A DNA stretch of 63,885 nucleotides, the filler included, from Octopus bimaculoides (lineage: Eukaryota), in the NCBI RefSeq assembly GCF_001194135.2. It is 6 parts of 6 records of this genome, joined end to end, with 100 filler letters (N's around TTAATTAATTAA, not from the genome) between each part and the next. Parts side by side here need not be neighbours in the genome. Positions count along the whole stretch, not along the records: positions 26,132 to 32,828 come from NC_068995.1; positions 32,929 to 48,650 come from NC_068991.1; 4 more parts are not named here. One strand, written 5' to 3'. Shown here in pieces: positions 32,428 through 46,600 of the stretch (positions within the stretch are counted from its first letter, which is position 1; every line of letters begins with the position of its first letter). Under the pieces are notes generated by a model. That model had not been told where the DNA came from and did no database searches. It was given only the letters and a program-made list of their open reading frames with translations. The translations under genes were made by a program, and so were the position numbers.

Positions 32428-32828
32428 TACAAACAATACACAATGATTCAAGGGAACTACAATACTCTCTCATGGAGACGAAGTCTCCAAGATGCAGTTA
32501 AGATAGAGATTTTTATTTATTTACGGCCTCAAACATCTCATACCTTCGCGCTTTAGTTTGCCCTCTATTATTTATCTTGTTTCTCTCCATGAAATTCAAT
32601 TGAATTCAGTTGTTGTCTTAAATTCATACTTATTCATTTTCTAAGCTTCCTAAATTCATGCTACGTTATATTCTATTCACCTAGAATTCATTGCTCTTTT
32701 AAAAATTACGATTTATGCATTGTTGTCTCTCAAATATTTAAAATCTACAATTAAGAGCCCTATCTACTCGCTGGCGGTACCTACCCACCCCTACCCATTT
32801 TCCTTTATTCAAAAATTCTTATCGCTCC

Positions 32829-32928
32829 NNNNNNNNNNNNNNNNNNNNNNNNNNNNNNNNNNNNNNNNNNNNTTAATTAATTAANNNNNNNNNNNNNNNN
32901 NNNNNNNNNNNNNNNNNNNNNNNNNNNN
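32829..32928. other. Artificial assembly spacer N44-TTAATTAATTAA-N44
   Basis: Same pattern. Confidence 0.95.
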
Positions 32929-32973
<45 letters not shown>

Positions 32974-34442
32974 ATGTTATTGAATGTTATGAGAAGTTAG
33001 ATATTAAACGGGTGTGGTTTCATGGAAGTTCTACTTGTTGGAGTTAAAGGACAGAAAAAGACTCAAGACGCAACAGACAGTCGTTGTTAATGGCTGTCGT
33101 CTGTAAAAGTGGTGAGCTGGCAGGATCGTTAGCACTCCGGGCAAAATGCTTAGCAGTATTTCGTTCGTCTTTAGGTTCTGAGTTCAAATTCCACCGAGGT
33201 TGACTTTGCCGTTCATCCTTTCGGCGTCGATACTAGTTGAGCATTGGTGTCAAGGAAATCGACTTAGGCCCTTCCCGGAAATTATTGGCCTTGTGCCAGA
33301 ATTTGAGAATAATGGCTATCACCTGTGCTTTTGAGATATTCGAAACAATAGCAGTTGACCGGGAGGTGATAAAGTCAGAGAAATTGTGAGGGGCACACTG
33401 TAATATGATTCCAATGATCAGAGTAGAAAGGGAGAGATTAGAAAGTTTGGTGAGTAAGTATAAGAAGCTAGGTGTAGGGGCGCAATGTTTGAAGGTAATG
33501 AAAGGGAAAGCAGTGTCACCGCTGAAACCGTTGTTGATTTGAGGTAACAAGAAGTGCTGTCGCCCTGGGTATGTGTGTGTTTAGGTAATAGGTAATAGTA
33601 TACGTAGTTGTGTGGAAAGGGGTCATATCTAGAAAAGATTCACATTTAAATGCAGTGTGGTCAAAGAATGCGAAGCGGTGATTCTCTGCAAGAAAACTGA
33701 TATGAGAACCATCATTGTTGAAAAGGGCTGAGAAAAATAGGTGTATAAAACTGCATGTGTGGGCGTGTGTATGTTTGTGTGTGCCTATGTATGTGTGTCT
33801 GTCTGTATGTCTGTGCATGTGTGTATGTTTGTGTGTGTGTGTGTATGCGCGTCTATGCGAGTGTTTATATGTATGTGTATGCATATATGTACGGATGTGT
33901 AAAATATGTATTTACATAAGTGTATGTATGTATGTGTGTGTGTACATGTTCAAATGCTTGTATATGTCTGGATATGTATACGCAAGTGTATGTGCATATG
34001 TATACTTCTGTGTCATGTGTAATTCTGTGCGTAAATGACTGTGTATATGTATATATGTAAGTATGTATGTGTGCGTGTATGTGTGTGTGAGTGTGTGTTT
34101 ACGTGCACAGATCATTGTATGTAATCCTGTGTATGTGCAAGATGAGTGGAATATATTTACATGGGTGTATATGTATAGATATGTATATACGCATGCGTAT
34201 TACTCTGTCCATGTCTGTGGATCCATATGTATCTAGGTATGCATATGTGTGTATGCGTTTGTGTTTTTTCGTGTATGACTCTGTGGTGCGTATGTGCCTG
34301 TACATGCGTATGTGTATGTGTGTGTGTGTATGCCTGTGTGTGTGTCTGTGCACGTTGCTCTATGTGAATGTTAGGGATATTAGCGGTCCACTTTTTACTC
34401 GACATGAATGAATAAAGAGAAAGAAAAGCGGAAGACACAGCA

Positions 34443-34510
<68 letters not shown>

Positions 34511-34520
34511 CACTACCTCT
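34443..34520. repeat. (ACT)n microsatellite; similar tracts at about 40954-41012 (TAG)n and 56570-56670
   Basis: Directly visible. Confidence 0.95.
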
Positions 34521-34773
34521 AACCATCGCCACAACTACTTCCACTACCTTTACACACTAACACTCCTACCACTACCATCACCAACGCCCACTACCATTGC
34601 CGTCGCCACCACGGCCGCCACTACGGTTAACGCCGTCACCGCCGCCATCATCGTCTCGTGTGGCACAACAATAATAACAAAGTGTCTGTCGGTCTGTTAG
34701 TGAGAAGGTCAAGTGAAAGAATCGATGTTAGTGTATGACTGCATTATCTATATATCTATCTGTCTGTCTGTTG

Positions 34774-34863
<90 letters not shown>

Positions 34864-35242
34864 GAATGTATGTATGCATGTATATATATATATATATATA
34901 TATANNNNNNNNNNNNNNNNNNNNNNNNNNNNNNNNNNNNNNNNNNNNNNNNNNNNNNNNNNNNNNNNNNNNNNNNNNNNNNNNNNNNNNNNNNNNNNNN
35001 NNNNNNNNNNNNNNNNNNNNNNNNNNNNNNNNNNNNNNNNNNNNNNNNNNNNNNNNNNNNNNNNNNNNNNNNNNNNNNNNNNNNNNNNNNNNNNNNNNNN
35101 NNNNNNNNNNNNNNNNNNNNNNNNNNNNNNNNNNNNNNNNNNNNNNNNNNNNNNNNNNNNNNNNNNNNNNNNNNNNNNNNNNNNNNNNNNNNNNNNNNNN
35201 NNNNNNNNNNNNNNNNNNNNNNNNNNNNNNNNNNNNNNNNNN

Positions 35243-35352
35243 TTATTCTATCGGTCTCTTTTTGCCGAACCGCTAAGTTACAGGGACCTAAACATACCAG
35301 CATCGGTTGTCAAGCGATGTGGGGGGGGGACAAACATAGATACACAACACAT

Positions 35353-35383
<31 letters not shown>

Positions 35384-35680
35384 CATATATACGACGGGCT
35401 CCTTTCAGTTTCCGTCTACCAAATCCACTCACAAGGCTTTGGTCGGCCCGAGGCTATAGTAGAAGACGCTTGCCCAAGGTGCCACGCAGTGGGACTGAAC
35501 CTGGAACCATGTGGTTGGTAGGCAAGTAACTTACCACACAGCCATTCCTTCTTTTACTCTTTTATTTGTTTCAGTCATTTGACTGCGGCCATGCTGGAGC
35601 ACGGCCTTTAGTCGAGCAAATCGGCCCCAAGACTCATTCTTTGTAAGCCAAGTACTTATTCTATCGGTCTCTTTTGACAA
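35243..35680 (-). mobile_element. Family B SINE plus the 3' fragment of a second copy
   Basis: High identity to 15062-15450. Confidence 0.8.
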
Positions 35681-35944
35681 ACACAGACACACTCTCACCC
35701 ACACATATATGTATAATATATTATATTACATGTATAGTATATATATATGAAATGTACACATGCACAGACACACACACGCATGTATGACACACATATCTGT
35801 ATATGTGTGTACGTGTGTGCGTATGGTACGTGTGTGTAGATGTTTCTGAACCATTTCTTAGAGAGAACTCTAAATTTTGTATCCAAAGAACACACAAACA
35901 CAGACACACACACACACACACACGCGCACACGCACACACACACA

Positions 35945-35986
<42 letters not shown>

Positions 35987-36382
35987 CACCCCCACACAAA
36001 AATACACAAAATACATATCTACACAAACACTAAACAAACAAGAGAGGAAAAACGATAACAAATGAAAAAGAAAATGAAAAGAAAAGAAGAAAAACAAGAA
36101 AGAGTTAATTGTGAAAATACATCGTATAATGTCCTAATGACATTGTAATTAAGTTTAATTAGACAATGCCACTTATGATGTGAGTTTAACAGAATCTACC
36201 GAATAAGATTGGCGGGAAAAGGTTTGTTGAGAGACGCCGACATGAATTTAAGAATTAAACAGTTTTGAAGTAAACCAAGTAATGTTGATGCTGGTGAAGT
36301 AGTGGCCTGCATGCTTGGAAATATTGAGCCGTCAGATAAATTCGTTGAGTCTTGCTTTTTTTTGTTTTGTTTTGTTCCAGTG

Positions 36383-36702
36383 TGGAGATGCAATGGCCCA
36401 GTGGTTAGGGCAGCGGACTCGCGGTTGTAGGATCGCAGTTTCGATTCCCAGACCGGGTGTTGTGAGTGTTTATTGAACGAAAACACCTAAAGCTCCACGA
36501 GGCTCCGGCAGGGGATGGTGGCGAACCCTGCTGTACTCTTTCACCACAACTTTCTCTCACTCTTTCTTCCTGTTTCTGTTGTGCCTGTAATTCAAAGGGC
36601 CAGCCTTGTCACACTCCGTGTCACTCTGAATCTCCCCGAGAACTACGTTAAGGGTACACGTGTCTGTGGAATACTCGGCCACTTGCACGTTAATTTCACG
36701 AG
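36383..36702 (+). mobile_element. Family E SINE, 3'-truncated and fused to the mariner remnant
   Basis: Near-identical to 11664-11980. Confidence 0.85.
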
Positions 36703-37425
36703 GTGCGTCTTTGTTTTGCAGTGCTTCTCCTCTGTTCGGTATTTGTGATGGCTGAAAGGAAATAACAAAGTGCTTCCGTGAAATTCTGTTTTCTCCTGGG
36801 GAAAACGGCGGCCGAAAAGACGCTGCCATGAGCAAACACAAGTCTAGAAGTGGTTTTCACGCTTTAGGAATGGTCACTTGTCGCTTGAAGACCAACCTCG
36901 TTCAGGGCGACTGTCAATTTCCCGAACGAATGAAGACATGAAAATTCACGAACTGATCTTGGAAGATCGTCACTGAACAATTGACGGACTTGTTAATATG
37001 ACTGGTGTGTCCTGGAGCTCCTGCCAACGAATTTTGAGCGTGGAATTGCAAATGAAAAGTGATGCAGCAAAATTTGTGCCTCACTTGTTCCTGGAAGATC
37101 AAAAGTATTCACAACTAAATGCGTGTCGTGAACTGAAAGAACAATTGGAAGTCGATCTGGACCTTTTTTCGAAGGTCATCACTGGTAACGAAAGCTGGTG
37201 CTACGGAATTTGCAGATGTGAAAGGGGTGAAGAAAAAAAACAACGGAGGCGTTAAAAGGCATCACATCGCAAGATTTCCAGCACTGGTTCGAATTGTGGA
37301 AAACGCGTCTGGACCGATACATTGCTTCAAATAGAGAATATTTTGAAGGTGATAAAAGTGGAAACAGATTAAACTAAGTGAATAAAGTAATATTGCAGCA
37401 TTCCGGTTTCTTTTGGGTACCCCTA
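36703..37425 (+). mobile_element. mariner transposase pseudogene with central deletion; 5' end replaced by a SINE
   Basis: VKFCFLLGKTAAE, EDQPRSGR, AAKFVPHL, KVITGNESWCYG (first catalytic Asp region), then ...RLDRYIASNREYFEGDK; TIR-like end ttccggtttcttttgggtacccctacg. Confidence 0.85.
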
Positions 37426-38666
37426 CGATATACATACATACATACATACATACACACGTATATATGTCCCTGTCATTTTTTTCTCGCCCCTTATTTCTTC
37501 TATCCCTCTGCCTCTACCTCTCCCTCCTTACGTGACCTCCTCACCTTTCTTTCTTGGTTCGTCTACCATCCGTGCAACATCTATATTCCTCCCTGTGCCT
37601 GTGAAACCTTGTATCCCTGCCGTAAGGCTTTATTTCCAAACACACCAGCTTAATTTAATTCGTCCTTAGTCGAAAGACACCTGTTGTTATGTCCTGTTAT
37701 TTGTATTTGTGTAATATTCTCCGTTTTTTTTCCGTCCTTGTTTTCGTATACATTCGCTGCTTTCTTCCAAGGAATCTAATGCACTTAGCTTAGTTTTTCC
37801 TTGGGGATGGCCAGATTGGAGCAATCTCGAGTATAACCAGCTGAACTTGCAAATATGATCTGGTACAGAACTGAAGATAGAAAACTCCGAATGACCCGTC
37901 CTTGTTTTCTTTGTATTGTCTATCTGGATGTTTCGTTGTCCCTTTTTTGTATCACCTAACTGTCTGGAAGCTATATGAACATTTGATGTGGTTTTAGANN
38001 NNNNNNNNNNNNNNNNNNNNNNNNNNNNNNNNNNNNNNNNNNNNNNNNNNNNNNNNNNNNNNNNNNNNNNNNNNNNNNNNNNNNNNNNNNNNNNNNNNNN
38101 NNNNNNNNNNNNNNNNNNNNNNNNNNNNNNNNNNNNNNNNNNNNNNNNNNNNNNNNNNNNNNNNNNNNNNNNNNNNNNNNNNNNNNNNNNNNNNNNNNNN
38201 NNNNNNNNNNNNNNNNNNNNNNNNNNNNNNNNNNNNNNNNNNNNNNNNNNNNNNNNNNNNNNNNNNNNNNNNNNNNNNNNNNNNNNNNNNNNNNNNNNNN
38301 NNNNNNNNNNNNNNNNNNNNNNNNNNNNNNNNNNNNNNNNNNNNNNNNNNNNNNNNNNNNNNNNNNNNNNNNNNNNNNNNNNNNNNNNNNNNNNNNNNNN
38401 NNNNNNNNNNNNNNNNNNNNNNNNNNNNNNNNNNNNNNNNNNNNNNNNNNNNNNNNNNNNNNNNNNNNNNNNNNNNNNNNNNNNNNNNNNNNNNNNNNNN
38501 NNNNNNNNNNNNNNNNNNNNNNNNNNNNNNNNNNNNNNNNNNNNNNNNNNNNNNNNNNNNNNNNNNNNNNNNNNNNNNNNNNNNNNNNNNNNNNNNNNNN
38601 NNNNNNNNNNNNNNNNNNNNNNNNNNNNNNNNNNNNNNNNNNNNNNNNNNNNNNNNNNNNNNNNNN

Positions 38667-38703
<37 letters not shown>

Positions 38704-38948
38704 GTATGTAGGTATGCATGTATTTGTGTGTCTGTGTTAATCCTCCCACCATTACTTGACACCGATGTTGGTTTGTTTACGTGCCCGTAAAATAGCGGTT
38801 CGGCAAGAAAAACAGATAGAATAAGTCCTGGGGTCGATTTGTCCAACTAAAGGTAGTGCTCCAGCATGCCCACATTCAAACGACAGAAACAAGTAAAAGA
38901 ATAAAAGAATACAAGAATACACACACACACTCACACACACTTACACAC

Positions 38949-38988
<40 letters not shown>

Positions 38989-40151
38989 GCATGCAATAAA
39001 TATATATACACTCACATCCTTGCAAATACACATGTACACATACATCTAACATGTCAATACGCCAAACTGTGCCGCCATCACACCCTCACCTTCGGTCTTT
39101 TAACTTGTACAACGCCCACTATTCAACGTCCATGTATTGGCGGCACCTATTCTTGCTATTAGTTCTAAAAGAGCTCTCATAAAGCAGACTTATGACCGTC
39201 AGCGTCNNNNNNNNNNNNNNNNNNNNNNNNNNNNNNNNNNNNNNNNNNNNNNNNNNNNNNNNNNNNNNNNNNNNNNNNNNNNNNNNNNNNNNNNNNNNNN
39301 NNNNNNNNNNNNNNNNNNNNNNNNNNNNNNNNNNNNNNNNNNNNNNNNNNNNNNNNNNNNNNNNNNNNNNNNNNNNNNNNNNNNNNNNNNNNNNNNNNNN
39401 NNNNNNNNNNNNNNNNNNNNNNNNNNNNNNNNNNNNNNNNNNNNNNNNNNNNNNNNNNNNNNNNNNNNNNNNNNNNNNNNNNNNNNNNNNNNNNNNNNNN
39501 NNNNNNNNNNNNNNNNNNNNNNNNNNNNNNNNNNNNNNNNNNNNNNNNNNNNNNNNNNNNNNNNNNNNNNNNNNNNNNNNNNNNNNNNNNNNNNNNNNNN
39601 NNNNNNNNNNNNNNNNNNNNNNNNNNNNNNNNNNNNNNNNNNNNNNNNNNNNNNNNNNNNNNNNNNNNNNNNNNNNNNNNNNNNNNNNNNNNNNNNNNNN
39701 NNNNNNNNNNNNNNNNNNNNNNNNNNNNNNNNNNNNNNNNNNNNNNNNNNNNNNNNNNNNNNNNNNNNNNNNNNNNNNNNNNNNNNNNNNNNNNNNNNNN
39801 NNNNNNNNNNNNNNNNNNNNNNNNNNNNNNNNNNNNNNNNNNNNNNNNNNNNNNNNNNNNNNNNNNNNNNNNNNNNNNNNNNNNNNNNNNNNNNNNNNNN
39901 NNNNNNNNNNNNNNNNNNNNNNNNNNNNNNNNNNNNNNNNNNNNNNNNNNNNNNNNNNNNNNNNNNNNNNNNNNNNNNNNNNNNNNNNNNNNNNNNNNNN
40001 NNNNNNNNNNNNNNNNNNNNNNNNNNNNNNNNNNNNNNNNNNNNNNNNNNNNNNNNNNNNNNNNNNNNNNNNNNNNNNNNNNNNNNNNGAATGTCCGGGT
40101 GTCTGAAATTCAACAGAATACAGAAGATGATTTACGATGTGTGTGTGTGTG

Positions 40152-40203
<52 letters not shown>

Positions 40204-40301
40204 CATACATACATACATATATATATATATATATCTATATCTATCTATCTATCTATCTATATATATATATATACAAACACGCACATATATACATAACACC
40301 C

Positions 40302-40336
<35 letters not shown>

Positions 40337-40960
40337 CATACACACACAGGCATATATATATATATATATATGTGTAGGTGTGTGTGTGAGTGTGTGTGTG
40401 TGTGAGTGTGTGTGTATACATATTATACACGCACAGACACACACACGTATATTTGCTTACATTCACAAATACTTGTAAGCACATGTACGTATATACATAC
40501 ATACATACATACATACATACATACATACAGCATTGCTGTGGTAGTGGTGATGATGGTAGATCGAGATATGCGTATATGTATGTGTGTGTATGTGTGTGTG
40601 TGTGTTCGCGCACGTGTTGTGTGTGTGTGGATGTAAGAACGTATGTATGTATGTATGCAATGTAGGTAATGCATTTAAGAACGTACACATATATACTCTC
40701 TCTATATATACTCTATATATTCATGTAGGTATGAATGCGCGCATGCGTGTACCCATGTATGTATAAACGTGTGTATGAACGTATTTATGGCATTGGCCAT
40801 AATGGTCATGTTGATGGTGGTGGTGGTGGTAGTAGTGGCGGTGGTGCTTGTATGTATTAGGTGGTGTTGGTGGCGGTTGTGTTGTGAATGATAATGAGAT
40901 ATTGGTTCGGGTGGCGGCGATAGTGGTGATTGGTGGTTGTAGATGTCATGGCCGTAGTAA

Positions 40961-41012
<52 letters not shown>

Positions 41013-41282
41013 TGGTGCGGAGGAGTATTGGTGGCATAGGTGGCGGTGACGGAGCTTATAGTGGTGGCGGTGTCGGTGGTGCTGTTGATGGCGATGGAAA
41101 TGGAGGAGGAGGAGGGGCAGTGGTGGTGTTAGTAAGAGGTAAAGATTTAAAGGAGTTAATGTTGTTAGTGCTGCTATTGTTTGGTCCCAGCTGAGTCCTG
41201 ATCAAGAAGAGTTATGGTTACAGACATTCCAGACGTAGCCACCCCGTCTATTCTTTTTTTTACATTACTTAACTTTTTTAAA

Positions 41283-41512
41283 CTTTTTTTACTTGTTTCA
41301 GTCATTTGATTGCGGCCATGCTGGAGCACCGCCATTAGTCGAGCAAATCGACTCCGGGACTTATTCTTTGTAAGCCTAGTACTTATTCTATTGGAATCTT
41401 TTTGCCGAACCGCTAAGTTACGAGGACATAAACACACCAGCATCGGTTGTCAAGCAATGCTACGGGGACAAACACAGACACAAACACACACACACACACA
41501 GATACACACACA

Positions 41513-41582
<70 letters not shown>

Positions 41583-41754
41583 CATATATACGACGGGCTT
41601 CTTTCAGTTTCCGTCTACCAAATCCACTCCCAAGGCTTTGGTCGGTCCGAGGCTATAGTAGAAGACACTTGCCCAAGATGCCACGCAGTGGGACTGAACC
41701 CAGAACCATGTTGTTGGTAAGCAAGCTACTTACCACACAGCCACTCCTGCGCCT
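41283..41754 (-). mobile_element. Family B SINE with expanded (CA)n
   Basis: High identity to 15062-15450. Confidence 0.85.
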
Positions 41755-43232
41755 ATATCCACGAATATTCTGCTCGTCATGTTTCTCGTTTCAAAATAGA
41801 ATTGAATATGATTGAGGTAGATTTAGCTGCTATTTCTATTAGGCAAAGCGAAAAGGCAGAGGCTTCTGTTGGTGGTTTCAAATCGCAAGCCAAATGTGAG
41901 AGAGAGCAGTTCTATGAAAAAGCTGTTTCCAGTCATAACCATCACGGCAAACCGTGAATTGCGGCCATTACTGGGCATGCGCCTTAGAAGGTTTAGCCTA
42001 ATAAATTCGACCCCAAGACTTATTTCTAAGTCTCGTACTTATTCCATTCCATCGAGTTCCCTCACAAGACTGCTAAGTTATTGAGACGTAAACAGACACA
42101 AACCGGTTGTCAAGCAGTGGGACCGGGAAAAAGCAGACAGAAATATGCCCACACTCATCGCGCACGTACACACAAACGCACACACACACATACACACACA
42201 CACACATATATACATACACACAATGGGCATTCAAACGGTTTCCGAGCAAAGTTCGGCTGGAGGCTATGATAAAAGATACTTGCTGAAAGGTCTGAACCCG
42301 AAACCATATCGTTGCCAATCGAAATTCTTCACCACACAGCAATGCCTGCGCAGATACACAAAACAAGGAAAGAGTTTCAAGACCTCCGTTAATGATTTGT
42401 AGACTAGGCTTCTCAAAAGGGCCCAAAATATCTCATGGTCTGAGGACAACCAAAGAGGAAATTTATAAACACATTATCAATTATCTCTACTATCGGAGCT
42501 CAATGTAATTTTAGACTTTGTTGCCAACTGCTATGGTGCAGAACAAAAGGTCATATCGGATGTTATCGTTTGATCACTTCTGCACTGCACTATAGAAGAA
42601 AATTACTCAATTACATACAGCAGGAAACTGAGGACCTGCTAACAGTGTCAGATTTATGTATGGGTCAATATAAGACATATCCCCCAAGCTTGGGGGCTCC
42701 CAACCAGCGGGGGCTCCTTTGAATTAGAGAGTATTAAAGATTTGATTTAAGCATTGAAAAAAAAACATGTATTTGTGCTATGGATTTAATCCGTGTTCAA
42801 TATGCGTTATAAAGGAAATGTTACATAGCACATGAAAATCAGTCAATAGTTGCCGAAATGGTTACAGCATAAGGCAAGATCGGTTTTATTGAGATCGATG
42901 AAACGATTGTAAACGGAGCATTAAATTGACCCAGTAAATCCTTTCTTTGGATGTATATGTATAATTTGTCATTATACATAATGCATTTGTGAATTTTCGG
43001 ATGATTCGAATACTAGAGAAGAAAACATCAATTTTCAATTTTCTGATAGCCGATATCAGTGGAAGTGCTTCATGTTATAACCCTGACTCACTATATATGT
43101 ATGTGTGTGTGTGCGTGTATGTGTGTACGTACGTGCGTGAGTTTGCTTATGTCTACGCACGCGCGCGTATATATATATATATATATACACACATACACAC
43201 ACATATATGTGTATGCATGGATACATACATAC

Positions 43233-43273
<41 letters not shown>

Positions 43274-43364
43274 NNNNNNNNNNNNNNNNNNNNNNNNNNN
43301 NNNNNNNNNNNNNNNNNNNNNNNNNNNNNNNNNNNNNNNNNNNNNNNNNNNNNNNNNNNNNNNN

Positions 43365-43396
<32 letters not shown>

Positions 43397-44199
43397 GGTA
43401 AGGTAAGTACAGTAAACTTGAGATAATGTACGTTTAACGACAGGAAGAAAATACCCCCACTCCACTATCATACACCACCCTCCTCTCCTCCAAATTGCCT
43501 TCATGCGGATGATGATAGAGCTTGCAATTATTGGAGTGGTAGGGTGAGGAGAATCTCCTGAAAGATCCGTTTCAGAGGGTCTATTTTTATTTTGCTTTTT
43601 ATGATTTTTGTTTTTTTTTCCTTAGTTTTTGTTATTGCTCTGTGTGTGTGTGTATGTGTGTGTGTTTGTTTCGTTTGTCATTTTTTGTTATTGTTTTCCT
43701 ATTGTCTAATTATGATGATGTTGTTGTTATAGTTGTTGTTGTTGTTGTTGTTGTCATTTAGTACTATATTTAACCTTGAACAAGTGTTGTGTGAACAAAA
43801 AGAACAATAAATGTCATTTATTCGCTCATAAGTCACTTCAATAACAATAACAATCTTAAAAGGAGCAACAGCAGCAACAATAACGACAACAACAACAACA
43901 ATAATTGTTTCAAATTTTGGCACAAGGTCAGCAATGTTGGCGGTGTTGGGGAAGATAGTCGATTACACCGACCTCAGTACTTGACTGGTACTTTATTTTA
44001 TTGACCCGGAAAGAACCAAAGACAAAGGGAAGATGAAGCGGAAGAAGTGTAGGAGGAGAAGGAGGGTAGGAGATGGAGGTCGAGTAGGAGAGGAAAAGAG
44101 GATAAAGATGGTGGAAAGGTAGAAGGGTAAGGAGAAGGAGAAGATGAGTATGGGAACGAGCACGAAGAGGGGACGAATGAGAAAGAAAAGCGGGGAAAA

Positions 44200-44960
44200 G
44201 TGGGCCCAACATTTCATTGTTGTCCTGCTCAGTGTCAAGCTTTCTTATTGTCCTTGCTACGCCAATCAAACTGGTTTTCTCACGACTCAGAAAATTCCTC
44301 TCGATATTCACTATCCCCAACCAACCATTCAAATTTCTTACAAATGTTCCTAAGGTATCTATCACAATTGCGATAATGTTAAATTTAAGGCAATTTAAGG
44401 CAATTCCAGATTAGATTATTTGAGGGTCCTATTTTCGACCCTGTTATTTTGCAATCTCATCACATTCTTTTTCTGCTGCTCTTGTGGCAAACGTGCATGC
44501 AACATCGATTAAGCAGCATGCACTTTCTTCTTTATTGAGTACAACTATATACTGTTGTGAATATTTTAAATGCTTATTTATTTGAAGCTTTATATCCTAT
44601 AGCCCTTTTCACATGGAGGTTTTCAAAGATGGGTTCTGTTTTGTGGTCATATTGTTTCCCCATATACTCAATCTCAGTTTTATAGATTTTTCCAAAGTTT
44701 GATTGTAGGAACCTTCCCCTATCTCTACTTCTTATTAGTTCCTCTCAGCATGTATTTTACAGGCTACATGCATATCATGTCTTCTCTTTCCCCATAAATT
44801 CTGCATTTAGCCATTTCGTTTTTCTTGTCTATACTCTTACTGTTGTATCTTGTTCTCATTGTTTGGTCATGCGCAGATAAAATGGAGCTCCGTCTCTATA
44901 TCTAATAGTTCTATCGTTAACCAGTAAAATAATTTCTGATCTCTCTATACCTTCAATAAT
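44200..44960 (-). mobile_element. R4/Dong-type non-LTR retrotransposon, decayed 3' part (zinc knuckle and restriction-like endonuclease)
   Basis: Frameshifted AHDQTMRT...KCRIYGERED, CLIDVAC, IVIDTLGT...KTSLIGVARTIRK. Confidence 0.75.
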
Positions 44961-45034
44961 TGAAAAAAAAAAAAAATTTAACCAGCATCAGTTATCAAGC
45001 GATGTTGGGAGGACAAACACAGACACAAACATAT

Positions 45035-45065
<31 letters not shown>

Positions 45066-45415
45066 NNNNNNNNNNNNNNNNNNNNNNNNNNNNNNNNNNN
45101 NNNNNNNNNNNNNNNNNNNNNNNNNNNNNNNNNNNNNNNNNNNNNNNNNNNNNNNNNNNNNNNNNNNNNNNNNNNNNNNNNNNNNNNNNNNNNNNNNNNN
45201 NNNNNNNNNNNNNNNNNNNNNNNNNNNNNNNNNNNNNNNNNNNNNNNNNNNNNNNNNNNNNNNNNNNNNNNNNNNNNNNNNNNNNNNNNNNNNNNNNNNN
45301 NNNNNNNNNNNNNNNNNNNNNNNNNNNNNNNNNNNNNNNNNNNNNNNNNNNNNNNNNNNNNNNNNNNNNNNNNNNNNNNNNNNNNNNNNNNNNNNNNNNN
45401 NNNNNNNNNNNNNNN

Positions 45416-45466
45416 NCAAAGCCTTGTGAGTGGATTTGGTAGACGGAAACTGAAAGAAGCCCGTCG

Positions 45467-45501
<35 letters not shown>

Positions 45502-45740
45502 GTATGTGTGTGTGTATATGTTTGTGTGTTTGTGTTTGTCCCCCCACCATCGCTTGACAACCGATGCTGGTGTGTTTACGTCTCCGTAACTTAGCGGTTC
45601 GGCAAAAGAGACCGATAGTATAAGTAACTAGGCTTACAAAGAAAAATTCCTGGGGTCGATTTGCTCGACTAAAGGCGGTGCTCCAGCATGGCTGCAGTCA
45701 AATGACTGAAACAAGTAAAAGAGTAAAGAGTAAAAGAGTA
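45416..45740 (+). mobile_element. Family B SINE (5' end in gap), interrupting the R4/Dong remnant
   Basis: caaagccttgtgagtggatttggtagacgg...gtaaaagagtaaagagtaaaagagta tail. Confidence 0.8.
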
Positions 45741-46600
45741 TTTCGATATATTCTTTCTTGCCTGTTCCGTCGTATAGTTTTATCTTAGCTTTCTTTTCTA
45801 CCACTCTTTTGCTTCAGTTATTCTACTTCAGCATTTATTCCTCACTTTTCCTTCTTCGCATTGTATTTCCTTTCTTAATAACCCCTTATCTTTCCTTAGT
45901 ACACCTTCTTTAAGGACCTGTATTTGACATCTCCGCTCAAGCTCACGATGTTCTCTCTTCGTCTTTTCCACCAAGGTATTTGTCCGGTCTCGAGTTATCT
46001 ACCCTGTAGCCAATCTCTTTTTGTTACTATACTTGCCAGAGCCTTGTATACATTATTTACCGCCAGGAGAAAAGTAATTGGCATGTATCCTATAACATTT
46101 TCCATTTCTCTCGTTTTTTGCTTTATCGTATTTCTATCATTACCCCCTGGGGTTAGCAAGCTTTTCATTATTATTTCGTTCAAATTGGTTTAATATTTTG
46201 ATATTAACTCGGTCTACTCCTCATTCCGACCACCCTACCACATTCTCAACTTTATTTCCTCTTTATCCAGCTCAACACTATCTTCACTGTGATAGTTTAA
46301 ACGCTTTATCTTTGTATATCCTTCACCTACACTACCTTAATCTTCATCGCTCTCCCTCGTTGGGTTTTCTCCTTCCTCTTTAATATCTCCTAATTCTATG
46401 TTTTTATAGATAGCCATAATGCTTTATAGTGCGTGCTTGCCCTGCCTGTTTCTGTTCTTCACAGCAAACACGCCTACCTCCTTCCAAATTGCTAACATTC
46501 TTCGCCTATACTCGTTATTATTCGGTTCGATCATAAAGTAACATTTCTTCACTTGCTTGTTTCGCAACGATCTTCTGTATGATTACTATATCGATCTGTA
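45740..46600 (-). mobile_element. R4/Dong-type non-LTR retrotransposon, decayed 5' part (pre-RT region)
   Basis: KCYFMIEPNNNEYRRRMLAIWKEVGVF, EQKQAGQARTIK, PWWKRR, ERKYN...LKQK motifs. Confidence 0.75.

Noticed and set aside
33310-33560. Purine-rich stretch with a ~45-codon + frame (NMIPMIRVERERLES...)
   Set aside because: No recognisable motif or splice signals; probably a decayed repeat.
37870-37910. Second hammerhead-like motif CTGAAGATAGAAAACTCCGAAT
   Set aside because: Stem II is broken and GAAA is replaced by GAAT; too degenerate to support.
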